The notes under the pieces were generated by a model. It did no database searches and was not told the origin of the DNA. It saw only the letters and a list, made by a program, of their open reading frames with translations. Below are positions 35,231 to 44,659 of a stretch of 54,531 nucleotides of DNA, one piece after another. The translations under genes were made by a program, and so were the position numbers. The stretch is from Candidatus Sumerlaeota bacterium (GTDB lineage Bacteria; Sumerlaeota; Sumerlaeia; JAPLSS01): positions 1-54,531 of the forward strand of contig JAPLSS010000090.1 in the NCBI GenBank assembly GCA_026398515.1, in the 5' to 3' direction. Within the stretch, counting starts at the first letter, position 1, and every line of letters starts with the position of its first letter.

Positions 35231-37249
35231 TCATGTATAGCGCGCGACGATGGTCTCGAGCAGGTCCAGCCGGGGAAGTGTGAAGCGACATCGCCCCTCT
35301 CCCGCCGCCTTCACGGGCAGCGCGCGGCCGAGACGCAGCGCGCGCGCCTCGGCTGGCAGCGATGGCGCTCGCATGGAGATCTCGATATTCTGCGTCGGCA
35401 GAGGCGGCAGGAACGAGACGCCATTCTGCCCGGAATGATTGACAAGACTCACCAATTGCCATGCGCCGTCGGAGCGAATCTGAGAGCGCATCTCGATCAA
35501 GGGCGACGCGTCGAGTTGGATAGAGGGCTGCAGTCCCAGGAGATCGAAGAGAATCGCGCGGAACAATGCGGCGTGGCCGTGAGAGCCCTGGCTGGCATAG
35601 TGCCGCCCCAAGCGCCAGGGGATGAGCGCCGCGATCCCCTTGCCGTGCGCCCTGCAGATCAGGCCCGGGACGCTCGTTTCCTCGCGGTAGTAGCACTTTT
35701 CCGGCGGCCCGTACATATCGCCGGGAACGTATCCCAGGAATCCCCGCGCGCCTGCGGGCAGGGCGCAATGACACGCTTCGTCATCGATATAGAGAAGGTC
35801 GATCTCCTGGAATCCTCGTAGGGCCTCCCTGTCGCGGGGGGCAACGCGCCAATACGACCCGCGGCGCGCCGGCAGAACGTCAAGGATCGGCGGACGTCCG
35901 AGGCATTCGAAATCGAACGCGACGCCCGCCGGGAGTCCTTCGTCGTCGCGCGCTCCGGTCAGGCCGGTCGCTAAAAGACGCCCGCCGCCGGCAACGTAGT
36001 CGTCGATCGAGCGCTTCAGGTCATCGGCCGGATTCGAGGCATCGGGCAGGATCGCCGCCTGACATGACGACAGAACGCCGGATTTCGCGACCTGCGCCTC
36101 ATCGAGAATATGAAAGAGCACGTGATGCTCGGCCAGCAGGCGCAGCAGACCGCGGAATTCGGTTGAAGCCTTCCCACCGGGACGAATCAGGCAGACATCG
36201 CCAACGGGCCTCACTCCCGAGTACCAGCGCTCGTTCTCGGCGTGAAATCGATAGAGATCCTTCACCATTTCGAAGCAGGCGCGATTGTCCTGCCGTTCGA
36301 GCGGTCCGATCACATAGTAGTCGAGCCACGCGGCGTTGGCGATGTTCTCGGCCAAGCGCAACGACGTCAGATGAGGCGACACTCCGACATGGCGGTAGGG
36401 GATATCCAGGAAATGGACCGCCGAATTCGAGACCGTCTTGTCGCGCCAACCGCTCAGAACGCTGGCCGTGTGCTCCGTAGCCGAGTAGCCCCATTCCGGC
36501 TTCGGACGGTCGGCCGCGCTATTCGATTCGCGACGAACGATGTCGACGGCTTCGGTGACGTAGGTGCAGACGGCAATCTCGGGGTTGTGCTGTTTGATCT
36601 GTCGAACGATGGCCTCAATCTTCTCGCGAACTGTATGCGCTTGGAAGCGACGATAGGCCGCGGACGAGGCGTCATCGGAGACTCGCGGCGATGGCAGTTC
36701 CTCCCCGCAGAACGCGCGATAGCGGCTCCGGCAGTTCTCGCATTGGCAGATGCCGTGGCGAACGCCGCCATAGTCGCGCGTCTGATAGCCGAACATGTTG
36801 AAGAAGACGCCGTCGACAGGATAGCAGCGGATCGCCTCGGCCAGGATCTCGTGCGCGTATTCCTGCTGGTAGCCGCCGTTCAGGCACGTGTGGACCTGGC
36901 CGTTGTAGTTGACGCGCTCTCCCTTCGCGCCGACGTAAAGCCATTCGGGACGCCGGGCGGCGAGGGTTTCGTTGATCTTTGAAAAGTCGAACCGGGCGAG
37001 AAAGCGGATTCCGTTTTGCCGCGCCCTCTCCAACACCTCCCCGACCAGATCGCCGCGCAGAAACGGATTGCGCCAGTGGAATTCCAGCTCCGTCGGGTAG
37101 TTGGCGATGATTCCGCCGACATTGAACAGCAGCACATTGGCGGAGAACTCGCGCAGCTGGCGCATGAACTCATCGGGGTCCAGGTCCGCGTCGATCTCTC
37201 GGAGATTCGTCTGAATAAGACGCATCGGCTTTTCCAGCCACCAAGGCAT
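35231..37249 (-). CDS. GHL6 / GH42-like protein (hypothetical glycosyl hydrolase 6 plus beta-galactosidase trimerisation-like domain), cytoplasmic
   Basis: MPWWLEKPMRLIQTNLREIDADLDPDEFMRQLREFSANVLLFNVGG...; Cys cluster GICQCENC. No signal peptide. The family is called from the N-terminal motif as I remember it. Confidence 0.75.
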   Translation of the reverse strand: MPWWLEKPMRLIQTNLREIDADLDPDEFMRQLREFSANVLLFNVGGIIANYPTELEFHWRNPFLRGDLVGEVLERARQNGIRFLARFDFSKINETLAARRPEWLYVGAKGERVNYNGQVHTCLNGGYQQEYAHEILAEAIRCYPVDGVFFNMFGYQTRDYGGVRHGICQCENCRSRYRAFCGEELPSPRVSDDASSAAYRRFQAHTVREKIEAIVRQIKQHNPEIAVCTYVTEAVDIVRRESNSAADRPKPEWGYSATEHTASVLSGWRDKTVSNSAVHFLDIPYRHVGVSPHLTSLRLAENIANAAWLDYYVIGPLERQDNRACFEMVKDLYRFHAENERWYSGVRPVGDVCLIRPGGKASTEFRGLLRLLAEHHVLFHILDEAQVAKSGVLSSCQAAILPDASNPADDLKRSIDDYVAGGGRLLATGLTGARDDEGLPAGVAFDFECLGRPPILDVLPARRGSYWRVAPRDREALRGFQEIDLLYIDDEACHCALPAGARGFLGYVPGDMYGPPEKCYYREETSVPGLICRAHGKGIAALIPWRLGRHYASQGSHGHAALFRAILFDLLGLQPSIQLDASPLIEMRSQIRSDGAWQLVSLVNHSGQNGVSFLPPLPTQNIEISMRAPSLPAEARALRLGRALPVKAAGEGRCRFTLPRLDLLETIVARYT

Positions 37250-37570
37250 AACGCACTCCCTTCTCCGAATGACTTCCTCGCGTCACGAGTCGACGATCGG
37301 TGGGCGCAAAACAGTGTCACGACGAGAAGCCGCGCTGGAATTCATGCTCCCCGGTCCCGCGCGCCGTCTTGGAAAACCGGCATGGGACTGGCGCCTTCCA
37401 TCGGCGTGATCGCGTAGCCGGCGTGCGAGACGAGATTGGCCGCGCCATTTATCTCCACGACTGTCGGCATGATGTCAATGGGAGAGGCGGTCGTTGCCGC
37501 GGTATTCTCTTGACCCTCGGCCCGTCAACCGTCGTATAGATCCTTGCAGCGATCTCACAGAGGATGCGCA

Positions 37571-40345
37571 ATGCAAGACGACAGCGGGTGCGTCTATCCC
37601 AATCCAAGCGTGCCATCGACCTCGCGCCGCAAGTTCTTGAGGACCAGCGCAGGCCTGGCAATTGGCTCCGCGATGACCGAGCATGGTCTTGCCGCCGTGG
37701 CCGCTGAACAGGATGGAGTCGCGCTTGTGGTCTCTCCCGACGACGCCATCGCCGCCTCAGCCCCGCCAAAGTGGGCTTTGGGCGAACTGAAGACGGCACT
37801 CGAGAATCAAGGGGTCGGAACGCGCGTTGTCCCCCACATTGCCGACGCGGCCCCGGCAGAGCGATGCGTCATCGCCGCAGGGGCAAACTCGGCGCTCGCG
37901 CGCCAACTGATGGGCCAGCTGGGCCTGGCCGCGCCGGCCGAAGCCGAAGCGCTATGCCTGGCGCAGGGCGAGGTCGAAGGCCGAACGGCTCTCCTGGCGG
38001 CTGGCGCCGACGACATTGGGCTCGGGTACGCGCTGACGGAGTTGGCCGACCGCGTATTGTGCGTGAGTCAAGGCCGCGGAGCGCTGGAGTTTCCCGAACC
38101 GGTTATCGAGCGGCCCGCCAGCCGCGTCCGCAGCGTCATGCGGCACTTCTCCTCCGAGCTTGAGGATAAGCCGTGGTTCTACGACAAGGACTACTGGCGC
38201 TGCTATCTCGACATGCTCGCTTACTGTCGCTTCAACCGGATGAGCCTGACGATGGGAATGGGTTACAACTCCGCGCGCGGCATCTCCGATGGCTATCTGC
38301 TGTTTCCCTATCCGTTCTTCGTCAACCCGCCGGGCTACCAAGTCCGGGCCAATGGGCTTTCCCGCGACGAGCAGGCGCGCAATCTCGCCATGCTGAAGTT
38401 CATCGGCGAGGAGACCGTCCGGCGGGGGCTTCGTTTCCAGATCGGCATCTGGACGCTGGCCTACATATGGGAACGCAGCCCCGACGCCACTTACCAGGTC
38501 GAGGGGCTTACGGACGAGACCCACGCCCCCTATTGCCGCGACGCGTTGGCCATGCTACTGCGCGAGGTCCCCGCCGTCAGCGGCGTCACGTTCCGCGTTC
38601 ACAGCGAGAGCGGCATTCCCAAGGGCCAGAGCGGCTTCTGGGAGACTCAGTTCAGCGCCATCGCGCGCTGTGGTCGCCGCGTCGAGATCGACATGCACGC
38701 GAAGAACATTGAGCCCGAGACGCTCGAGGCGGCCCTCGCCACCGGCCAGAACGTCGTCGTGTCGCCAAAGTACTGCGGCGAGCAGCTGAGCCTCCCCTAT
38801 CACCCATGCTCCATTCGCGAGAAGGAGATGGTTTCGCCAGACAAATTCACCGACACAGGCGCCGGCATCCTGATCGGCAGTCGCAACTTCACGCGGTACG
38901 GCTATGCGGACTACCTGGCCGAGAACCGCGCCTGGGACGTTGTCTTCCGCACGTGGCCTGGGACGCAGCGTTTCCTTCTCAGCGGCGATCCCGCCACCTA
39001 CGCCGGCTACGGGCGCTGCGCATCGTTCTGCGGCGCCTCGGGCGTCGAGCTGTTTGAGCCGCTCGGTTTCAAGGGACGCTGCGGCAGCGGGCTGCCGGGC
39101 GGGCGCTGCGCTTATGCCGACGCGTCGCTCAACCCGCGCTACGACTTCGAGAAGTATCGCTACACCTACCGCCTCTGGGGCCGGCTCGGCTACAATCCCG
39201 ACGCGCATCCAGAGGTTTGGCGGCGCGTTCTGCGCCAGGAGTTCGGCGCCGCGGCGAACGAGGTCGAAGATGCTCTTGCCTCGGCCAGCCGCGTCTTGCC
39301 GCTTTTCACGCTCGCGCATGGCCCCGCCGTCAGTTGCACGTCTTATTGGGTCGAGATTTACTCGAATATACCGATCGCGAAGACCGACGTGGAGCATCCC
39401 TTCCCCGAAGTGCCGGAACCCAAGGTCTTCGGCAACGTCACCTCATTCGACCCGCAGCTTTTCCAATCGGGATTCCAATGCGGCGACGCCCTGGTGGAAG
39501 GACGGACCACAGGCAAGTACTCGCCACTCGAAGTCGCCCAATGGCTCGAAGAGCTGGCCGAATCCGCCGCAACGGCGCTGGACAAAGCGCGCCGCCAACT
39601 CGGCGCCGCCGCCTCGAAGCCCGCTTTCCGCCGCGTCGAGGAAGACGTGTTGATCGAGCGGGGCCTCGCGCTCTTCTTCGCCGGCAAACTTCGCAGCGCT
39701 GTGCTCTGGCGCATCTACGAACGCAGCGGGCTTCGCCCCGCGGCGCAAGCCTCCATCGCCCGGCTCGAGGCGGCGCGCGAGGCGTGGGTGGCGATGGCCG
39801 AACGCGCCAAGACCGTCTATCAACCGAACATCACTTACGGAAGCCGGTGGACCCAAGGCCACTGGATGGACCGTATTGCGCTGATAGACGAGGACGTCGC
39901 GGATCTCAAGCAACGGCTTACGACCGCCGCCTCGCCAGACCCTGAGATTGATCCTGCCACCGCCCAGCGCGCGCTGGAGATCGCCACGAGCAAGCCCGCG
40001 CGTCCGGTCCTGGAAGCCAAACACACGCCCGGCAAGACCTACCGTTCTGGCCAGTCCCTTGCGATTACTCTGAGTTGCGCCAAGGCAGCGCCCAAGCGTG
40101 TGATCCTGTGGTATCGGCATGTGGACCAGGCCGAGCGGTGGCAATCGGTCGAACTGACGCGCAGCGGCGATGCCTTTCAAGGCGAGATTCCGGCCTCCTA
40201 CACCGCCAAGCGGTTCCCGTTGCAGTACTACTTCGAGGTCGAGGTCGGACCGGCCGGAGCCACGTTCGTCCCGCGACTCGCCGCCGATTTCGAAAGCGTC
40301 CCCTACTACATCGTCCGGTCTCGGACGGTCAATGCCGGTATTTGA
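37571..40345 (+). CDS. Tat-signal uncharacterised glycoside-hydrolase-like protein (about 924 aa)
   Basis: ORF 37544-40345. The ATG at 37571 lies 6 nt after AGAGGA. Tat motif TSRRKFLRTSAGLAIGSA. N-domain ...GADDIGLGYALTELADRV resembles the N-domain of 31390-33648. The last ~10 codons overlap, antisense, a GHL6 gene fragment. Confidence 0.75.
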   Translation: MQDDSGCVYPNPSVPSTSRRKFLRTSAGLAIGSAMTEHGLAAVAAEQDGVALVVSPDDAIAASAPPKWALGELKTALENQGVGTRVVPHIADAAPAERCVIAAGANSALARQLMGQLGLAAPAEAEALCLAQGEVEGRTALLAAGADDIGLGYALTELADRVLCVSQGRGALEFPEPVIERPASRVRSVMRHFSSELEDKPWFYDKDYWRCYLDMLAYCRFNRMSLTMGMGYNSARGISDGYLLFPYPFFVNPPGYQVRANGLSRDEQARNLAMLKFIGEETVRRGLRFQIGIWTLAYIWERSPDATYQVEGLTDETHAPYCRDALAMLLREVPAVSGVTFRVHSESGIPKGQSGFWETQFSAIARCGRRVEIDMHAKNIEPETLEAALATGQNVVVSPKYCGEQLSLPYHPCSIREKEMVSPDKFTDTGAGILIGSRNFTRYGYADYLAENRAWDVVFRTWPGTQRFLLSGDPATYAGYGRCASFCGASGVELFEPLGFKGRCGSGLPGGRCAYADASLNPRYDFEKYRYTYRLWGRLGYNPDAHPEVWRRVLRQEFGAAANEVEDALASASRVLPLFTLAHGPAVSCTSYWVEIYSNIPIAKTDVEHPFPEVPEPKVFGNVTSFDPQLFQSGFQCGDALVEGRTTGKYSPLEVAQWLEELAESAATALDKARRQLGAAASKPAFRRVEEDVLIERGLALFFAGKLRSAVLWRIYERSGLRPAAQASIARLEAAREAWVAMAERAKTVYQPNITYGSRWTQGHWMDRIALIDEDVADLKQRLTTAASPDPEIDPATAQRALEIATSKPARPVLEAKHTPGKTYRSGQSLAITLSCAKAAPKRVILWYRHVDQAERWQSVELTRSGDAFQGEIPASYTAKRFPLQYYFEVEVGPAGATFVPRLAADFESVPYYIVRSRTVNAGI

Positions 40346-40636
40346 CTCGCGCCCGACGATATCCACAGCCTCGGTCACACACGCGCATACAGTCAACTCG
40401 GGATTGAGCGCTGTGACCTGCCCCACGATGGCGTCGATCCGCTCTCGGATAGTCTGCGCCTGAAAACGCCGATATGCCAGAGCGGCCTCATCGCCGGCGT
40501 TTTCGATCCTCGCACAGCGCCGCCACTTCACGCCGGACTCCGCCGAAGTGTTGCCGGCGTCGCCGTCGGCGGCAAAGTAGCCCGGCACACGATAGGCCAC
40601 AGCGTCGACATCCTCTTCCGCATAATCACTTTTCAA
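40316..40636 (-). pseudogene. Internal fragment of a GHL6-family gene (paralogue of 35231-37249)
   Basis: The start of ORF 39443-40636 reads ...AALAYRRFQAQTIRERIDAIVGQVTALNPELTVCACVTEAVDIVGRESNTGIDRPRP. The intact gene reads SSAAYRRFQAHTVREKIEAIVRQIKQHNPEIAVCTYVTEAVDIVRRESNSAADRPKP. There is no similarity beyond these ends. Confidence 0.6.
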
Positions 40637-42934
40637 GCGTTCCGGACTGCCACTCCCGGGCGATTCTCACGTCGTCCTCGACATTGGAGACCAGCGCGTT
40701 GAGATCGCAATAGCCGATGCGGGTAAGGATCTGCGGCGCGTATTGACTCGTAGCGACCGCGGCATATTGCTTCCACCAATCCAACGCCGATTCGAGATGC
40801 TGCACGGCCGATTGCCTCTTCGACTCGTCCGCCGTCATGTCAAACAACGCGAGGTCCGTCGCCCCGAGGATCTTCTCGGCGTAATAATGCCCCAGGAGCG
40901 CCATCGCCCGATAGTCGCCCAATGTGAGGCGCAGTTCCTTGTTCGCGCCGGGGTCCAACGAGGACACGATGTCGATAGCCGCCTTGGCGTGGGCGTGCAA
41001 TTCCTCGGCGACCTGCGGCGGCGTGACGCCCTCCATTGTCTCTCCCGCCAGCAGCGCTTTGGCGTAATCCTGGATATTCAGAATCCCGCTGTCGCTCATG
41101 GTCTCGCCCCGCATGAAGCCCTCGACCGTCTGAAAGCCGCTAGGCGCGGGGTGGGCGATACAGGCTTCCGGAAACCATTTGAGGTCGATATTGCGCCAGT
41201 AGAAGCGCGTGGTCAGCGGGATGATCTTCGAGGCTTCGACGGAGGCGGTTAGGAGACGCTCGGCGTCGACCTCGGGGAATCGAGCAGCCAACATCTGGCG
41301 GAACAACGAGTCCGGCAACGTTGGATCATAACTGAGACGCCCCCAAAGCGTGAAACTGAACCATTGCTTCTTCATGACCAGCTGGCGGGGCGTTTCCGGC
41401 TCTTTGTCAATGAATTCGCGGCCCCAGATGTAGCCGTCGGGCCCCATGTAGTAGCCGGCGAGTTCGTCGGGACCGGGGAAATTGCTGATGTAGGCCCGCG
41501 CGAATTCGGGATCACCCCAACGATAGCTATAGATGTCGTCGTTGCGCACGGTCATCCACATCCGAAGGTTCGAGGGCAATTCCGCCAATTCCTTTTTGGC
41601 GAACGGCGGAGCGGCCGAGGAATACATGTGAGCGACGGAGTATTTGTAACTGAGATCCAGCGTGTCGGGATACTCCTTCCATGCGGAGAGGATCTCATCG
41701 AGGCCGGTTTGATGATACCGGTGAATCAGACGGACGGAGCGGTCGGGCTGAATCGCTTTCGCGTCGCGCACGCCCTCGCCGTAGGCCTGCCAGAGCCATT
41801 GCTCCTTGGTCTTTTCGGAAGTGTTCTTGCCCATGTGCTCGCCGGCCGTGATCCCGATGCCCGCCAGGAGCGGATAGGTGAGTATCAATTCGCGGACGCT
41901 CTTGCGGAAGTAGTTGATGGTGGTAGGGTTTGTCAGGTCGTCGGTAATGCCATATTTGTCTTGCGCGCCCCAGACAAAGGTATTCCAGGTGAAGATATAC
42001 GTCTCAATTCCCCGGTCGTGGGCGTATTGCATGACCGCGCGCCAGAACTCGATCTTCTCTTCGATAGTCATCGTCTTGACGACTTCGAGATGCCCCATGA
42101 AGTCCCGGTCCAACACCTCCATGGGTTTGTGGCTGTCATCCCGGCTCAGCGCCTCCGTCGACCGCATGACATCCTGGAGGGCGACGTCCGGGTACTCCGG
42201 GACCTTCACCATCGACGGAAACGGATGGAGATTCCACAGCGAGAGCACGTTATACCGATCGCGCGCCATCTCATCGAGCAACTCGCGCCAGAACTCCCGT
42301 CCGCGTTGGCGACCTTGTCCAGGGTCCCCAGGCGGATCGCTTCCGCGAGGTCGAGGCCCCCATACATCGCGCCGGCGGCGTCCGCGCCCAACACGGCCCA
42401 CGCATCCGTTGCGCCTTCGGCCTTCCGCCGAATGGCGTAGGATTGAGGCGACGCATTGGAAAGCGGCGCGATGCCAAGGCCCTTCTCCAGCGCTCTTGAA
42501 TCGTCGGCCGTGGCGGCGATGGCGATGCAGGCGCCGTCGCGAGCCTTCGGCAATTCCTCCACGCTCATGACGCGGCAAGGGATCCCTGCCGCCTTGGCCG
42601 CTTGCTGGATCTCCGATGCGGCGAACTCGACTTGCGGCGAGCCGCTTCGGTAGTACAGTGTCAGTCCCGATTTCTCCGCGCGTGTCGCTGATGCCATCTC
42701 ACTGCTCCCCCGTTGTGAATTGAGGCGAGCCGCCGCGTCGGCGCTCCCTGGTTGGTCGGGCTTGTCGGCGCGCGATGGAACGCTCGCCGTCGGATCCGAG
42801 GACTGCGCCGCGCCATCCGGTCCCTCCATGGCGGCGCCAACACCACAGCGCAACAGCATCACGAATAGCGACACAGCCAGCACGTGGACTCGCGCCCCGC
42901 CGCCGATAGGAGATTCCGTTTTCGACTCTCTCAT
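40626..42934 (-). pseudogene. Paralogue of 31390-33648 inactivated by an internal out-of-frame deletion near 42296-42300
   Basis: The N-part is in ORF 42206-42952 (MRESKTESPIGGGARVHVLAVSLFVMLL... [28 protein letters not shown]). The C-part is in another frame, ORF 40626-42578 ([28 protein letters not shown]...). About 40 codons present in the paralogue ([17 protein letters not shown]...IPEMWSM) are missing. Confidence 0.75.
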
Positions 42935-43139
42935 GGCGCCCACTCCTCGCACCGATGTAGGATAGACCGCTCGCCTTTTTCGCCTCTCCGGCTTGGCCCG
43001 AATGGCGGAAAGGGCAGGACAGAAAATGGTCGCACGTGAACGACCACGGACGAATTCTACTTGCGAAAATCAAAGTTGGCGATTCCAATATCGGCGCAAC
43101 TATGCCAAAATCAGGCGATACCGCCATGGAGCCCGACTA
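42894..43139 (+). repeat. Copy A of a diverged ~247-bp direct repeat (divergent promoter cassette including both start codons)
   Basis: My hand alignment to 48443-48689 gives about 30 differences in ~247 positions. Copy A spans the first 14 codons of the minus-strand gene (MRESKTESPIGGGA), the intergenic region, and the first 5 codons of the AraC gene. Confidence 0.8.
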
Positions 43140-44049
43140 CTATCTACGCAACGCGCGAGTGCAAACGGTCTCGTCGACGTCGTATCGGTTCGACGCGCGC
43201 GAGCGACGGCCGCGGAGCGATTCCATTTACCTACTGTTCCAGTGCACCCAGTCCGGCGCCGGCATGCTGGAATACGGAGGGAGGAAGATTCGCGTTACTC
43301 GCGAACTGCCCGCCGGAACGGGGTTTCTCGGCCTAGTGCCCGGTTCGCATCGCCATTGGTTCCCCGGCGGGCAGCAGCCGTGGGAGTTCGTTTACGTCTC
43401 TATCCGCCTTCCGCGCCCCGCGACGCGAATGGCGCGATGGCTTGGCGAAATCGGCCCCTGGCACGCCTTCCCGTTGGACGGGGCGTTGGTCCGGTTGGCC
43501 ACGGAACAGGCGACGATCCTGGCGCAACGGGGCTGGATCGTCGATCGCTACACGCGAGGGACGATGGCCTATCGGTTCTTGATGGAATTGCAGCGTCACT
43601 TCGACCCTCAGGCGGCGGCCCCGTCCCCCTTCCCGGACCTAGCGAAGGCGTTGGAGTTCATCGAGCGGCATCTGGCAGATAAGATCTCGCTGCGGGATAT
43701 CGCGTCGAGCGCCGGCCTCAGCCCGTCCAGCGTGGTTCGCGCGTTCCGGCAACGCCTGAACACGACCCCCGCGCAATTCCTGATCGGCCAGCGCATCGAG
43801 CGAGCCCGGAACCTGTTGGTCGAAACCGCCCTTCCGCTCAAGTCCATCGCGGGAGAGGCCGTGTTCGCCACGGAGCGGTATTTCTGCCATTGCTTCCGCG
43901 AGCGGACCGGGCTGACTCCCGGAGCGTATCGGCGGCAAGGCGCGACCCGTCCATTCCTCGATGCGGCCGATTTGAGGGACTCAAGGGAATCCGAGGCCCC
44001 GGCCTCGACGCCTGTGAGCCATACTACAGCCCGCTCTTGGCGGAGCTGA
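43126..44049 (+). CDS. AraC-family transcriptional regulator (cupin sensor plus dual HTH)
   Basis: MEPDYYLRNARVQ...; C-terminal ISLRDIASSAGLSPSSVVRAFRQRLNTTPAQFLIGQRIERARNLLVETALPLKSIAGEAVFATERYFCHCFRERTGLTPGAYRR. The ORF track entry 43036-44049 starts too early. Confidence 0.9.
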   Translation: MEPDYYLRNARVQTVSSTSYRFDARERRPRSDSIYLLFQCTQSGAGMLEYGGRKIRVTRELPAGTGFLGLVPGSHRHWFPGGQQPWEFVYVSIRLPRPATRMARWLGEIGPWHAFPLDGALVRLATEQATILAQRGWIVDRYTRGTMAYRFLMELQRHFDPQAAAPSPFPDLAKALEFIERHLADKISLRDIASSAGLSPSSVVRAFRQRLNTTPAQFLIGQRIERARNLLVETALPLKSIAGEAVFATERYFCHCFRERTGLTPGAYRRQGATRPFLDAADLRDSRESEAPASTPVSHTTARSWRS

Positions 44050-44085
44050 ATCAAAACACGCGCGCGGGCTTGCCCTATCTCTCTA

Positions 44086-44418
44086 TCACGCCCACCTCCA
44101 GCGTCTGCCCCGACCATGGCTACATCGCCGGGGAGCATTTTGAGCGCCCCATCCGCCGCCATGCCCGTACGCGAATACAGTCAACCCGCTCGCGCCGGCG
44201 GAGGGAGCATAGACATCGAGGCTTGTCGCGGATCAACCCCGCGCGTTGAATTGCGACATATCGAAGCATCCTCCCTTGGCCGAATTCGTCTTCGCCGTTC
44301 GCGCGGCGGCCTCCGGCCGGTCTGACACTTCGGCGTTGGATGGCTTCACCGCCGGCTGCGCTTGGGCAGAACCGGCGATCGTCAACAAAACGAGAGTGGC
44401 GAGGATGGCTTGCTTCAT
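44086..44418 (-). pseudogene. 5' remnant of an exported alpha/beta-hydrolase (HGGG-type esterase) with an in-frame TGA (44233-44235), 3'-truncated
   Basis: MKQAILATLVLLTIAGSAQA (signal)...GGCFDMSQFNARG*SATSLDVYAPSAGASGLTVFAYGHGGGWGA. LDVY.P....vvf.HGGGW is the classic oxyanion-hole block of esterase/lipase folds. The text degenerates after that block, and the AraC gene occupies the space where the rest should be. Confidence 0.45.
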
Positions 44419-44659
44419 TGCTTTCTGGACTTGCCCTTTTCGCCAAAAGGATCCGGATGATCCTGCGCGGTCATGCACGCGCGGCCAAACTCACGACAAG
44501 GATGATACAAGGAACGATCGGCGTATTCCTGATTACAGCTCTCCTGATCGAGGCTTCCAAAGGCCTTTCAACCAATCCTCGGCCACGAAGCCGCCTTGCT
44601 TAACATCGAGGCGGTCGACAAGCGACTCGGCTCGGTGCAGTCCGGTTCAATTCCTCATG

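Noticed and set aside
37342-37470. 42-codon minus-strand ORF (MPTVVEINGAANLVSHAGYAITPMEGASPMPVFQDGARDRGA) in the 320-bp divergent region upstream of 37571.
   Set aside because: It is short and matches no recognisable family. It could be yet another gene shard or pure chance, and I cannot support it.
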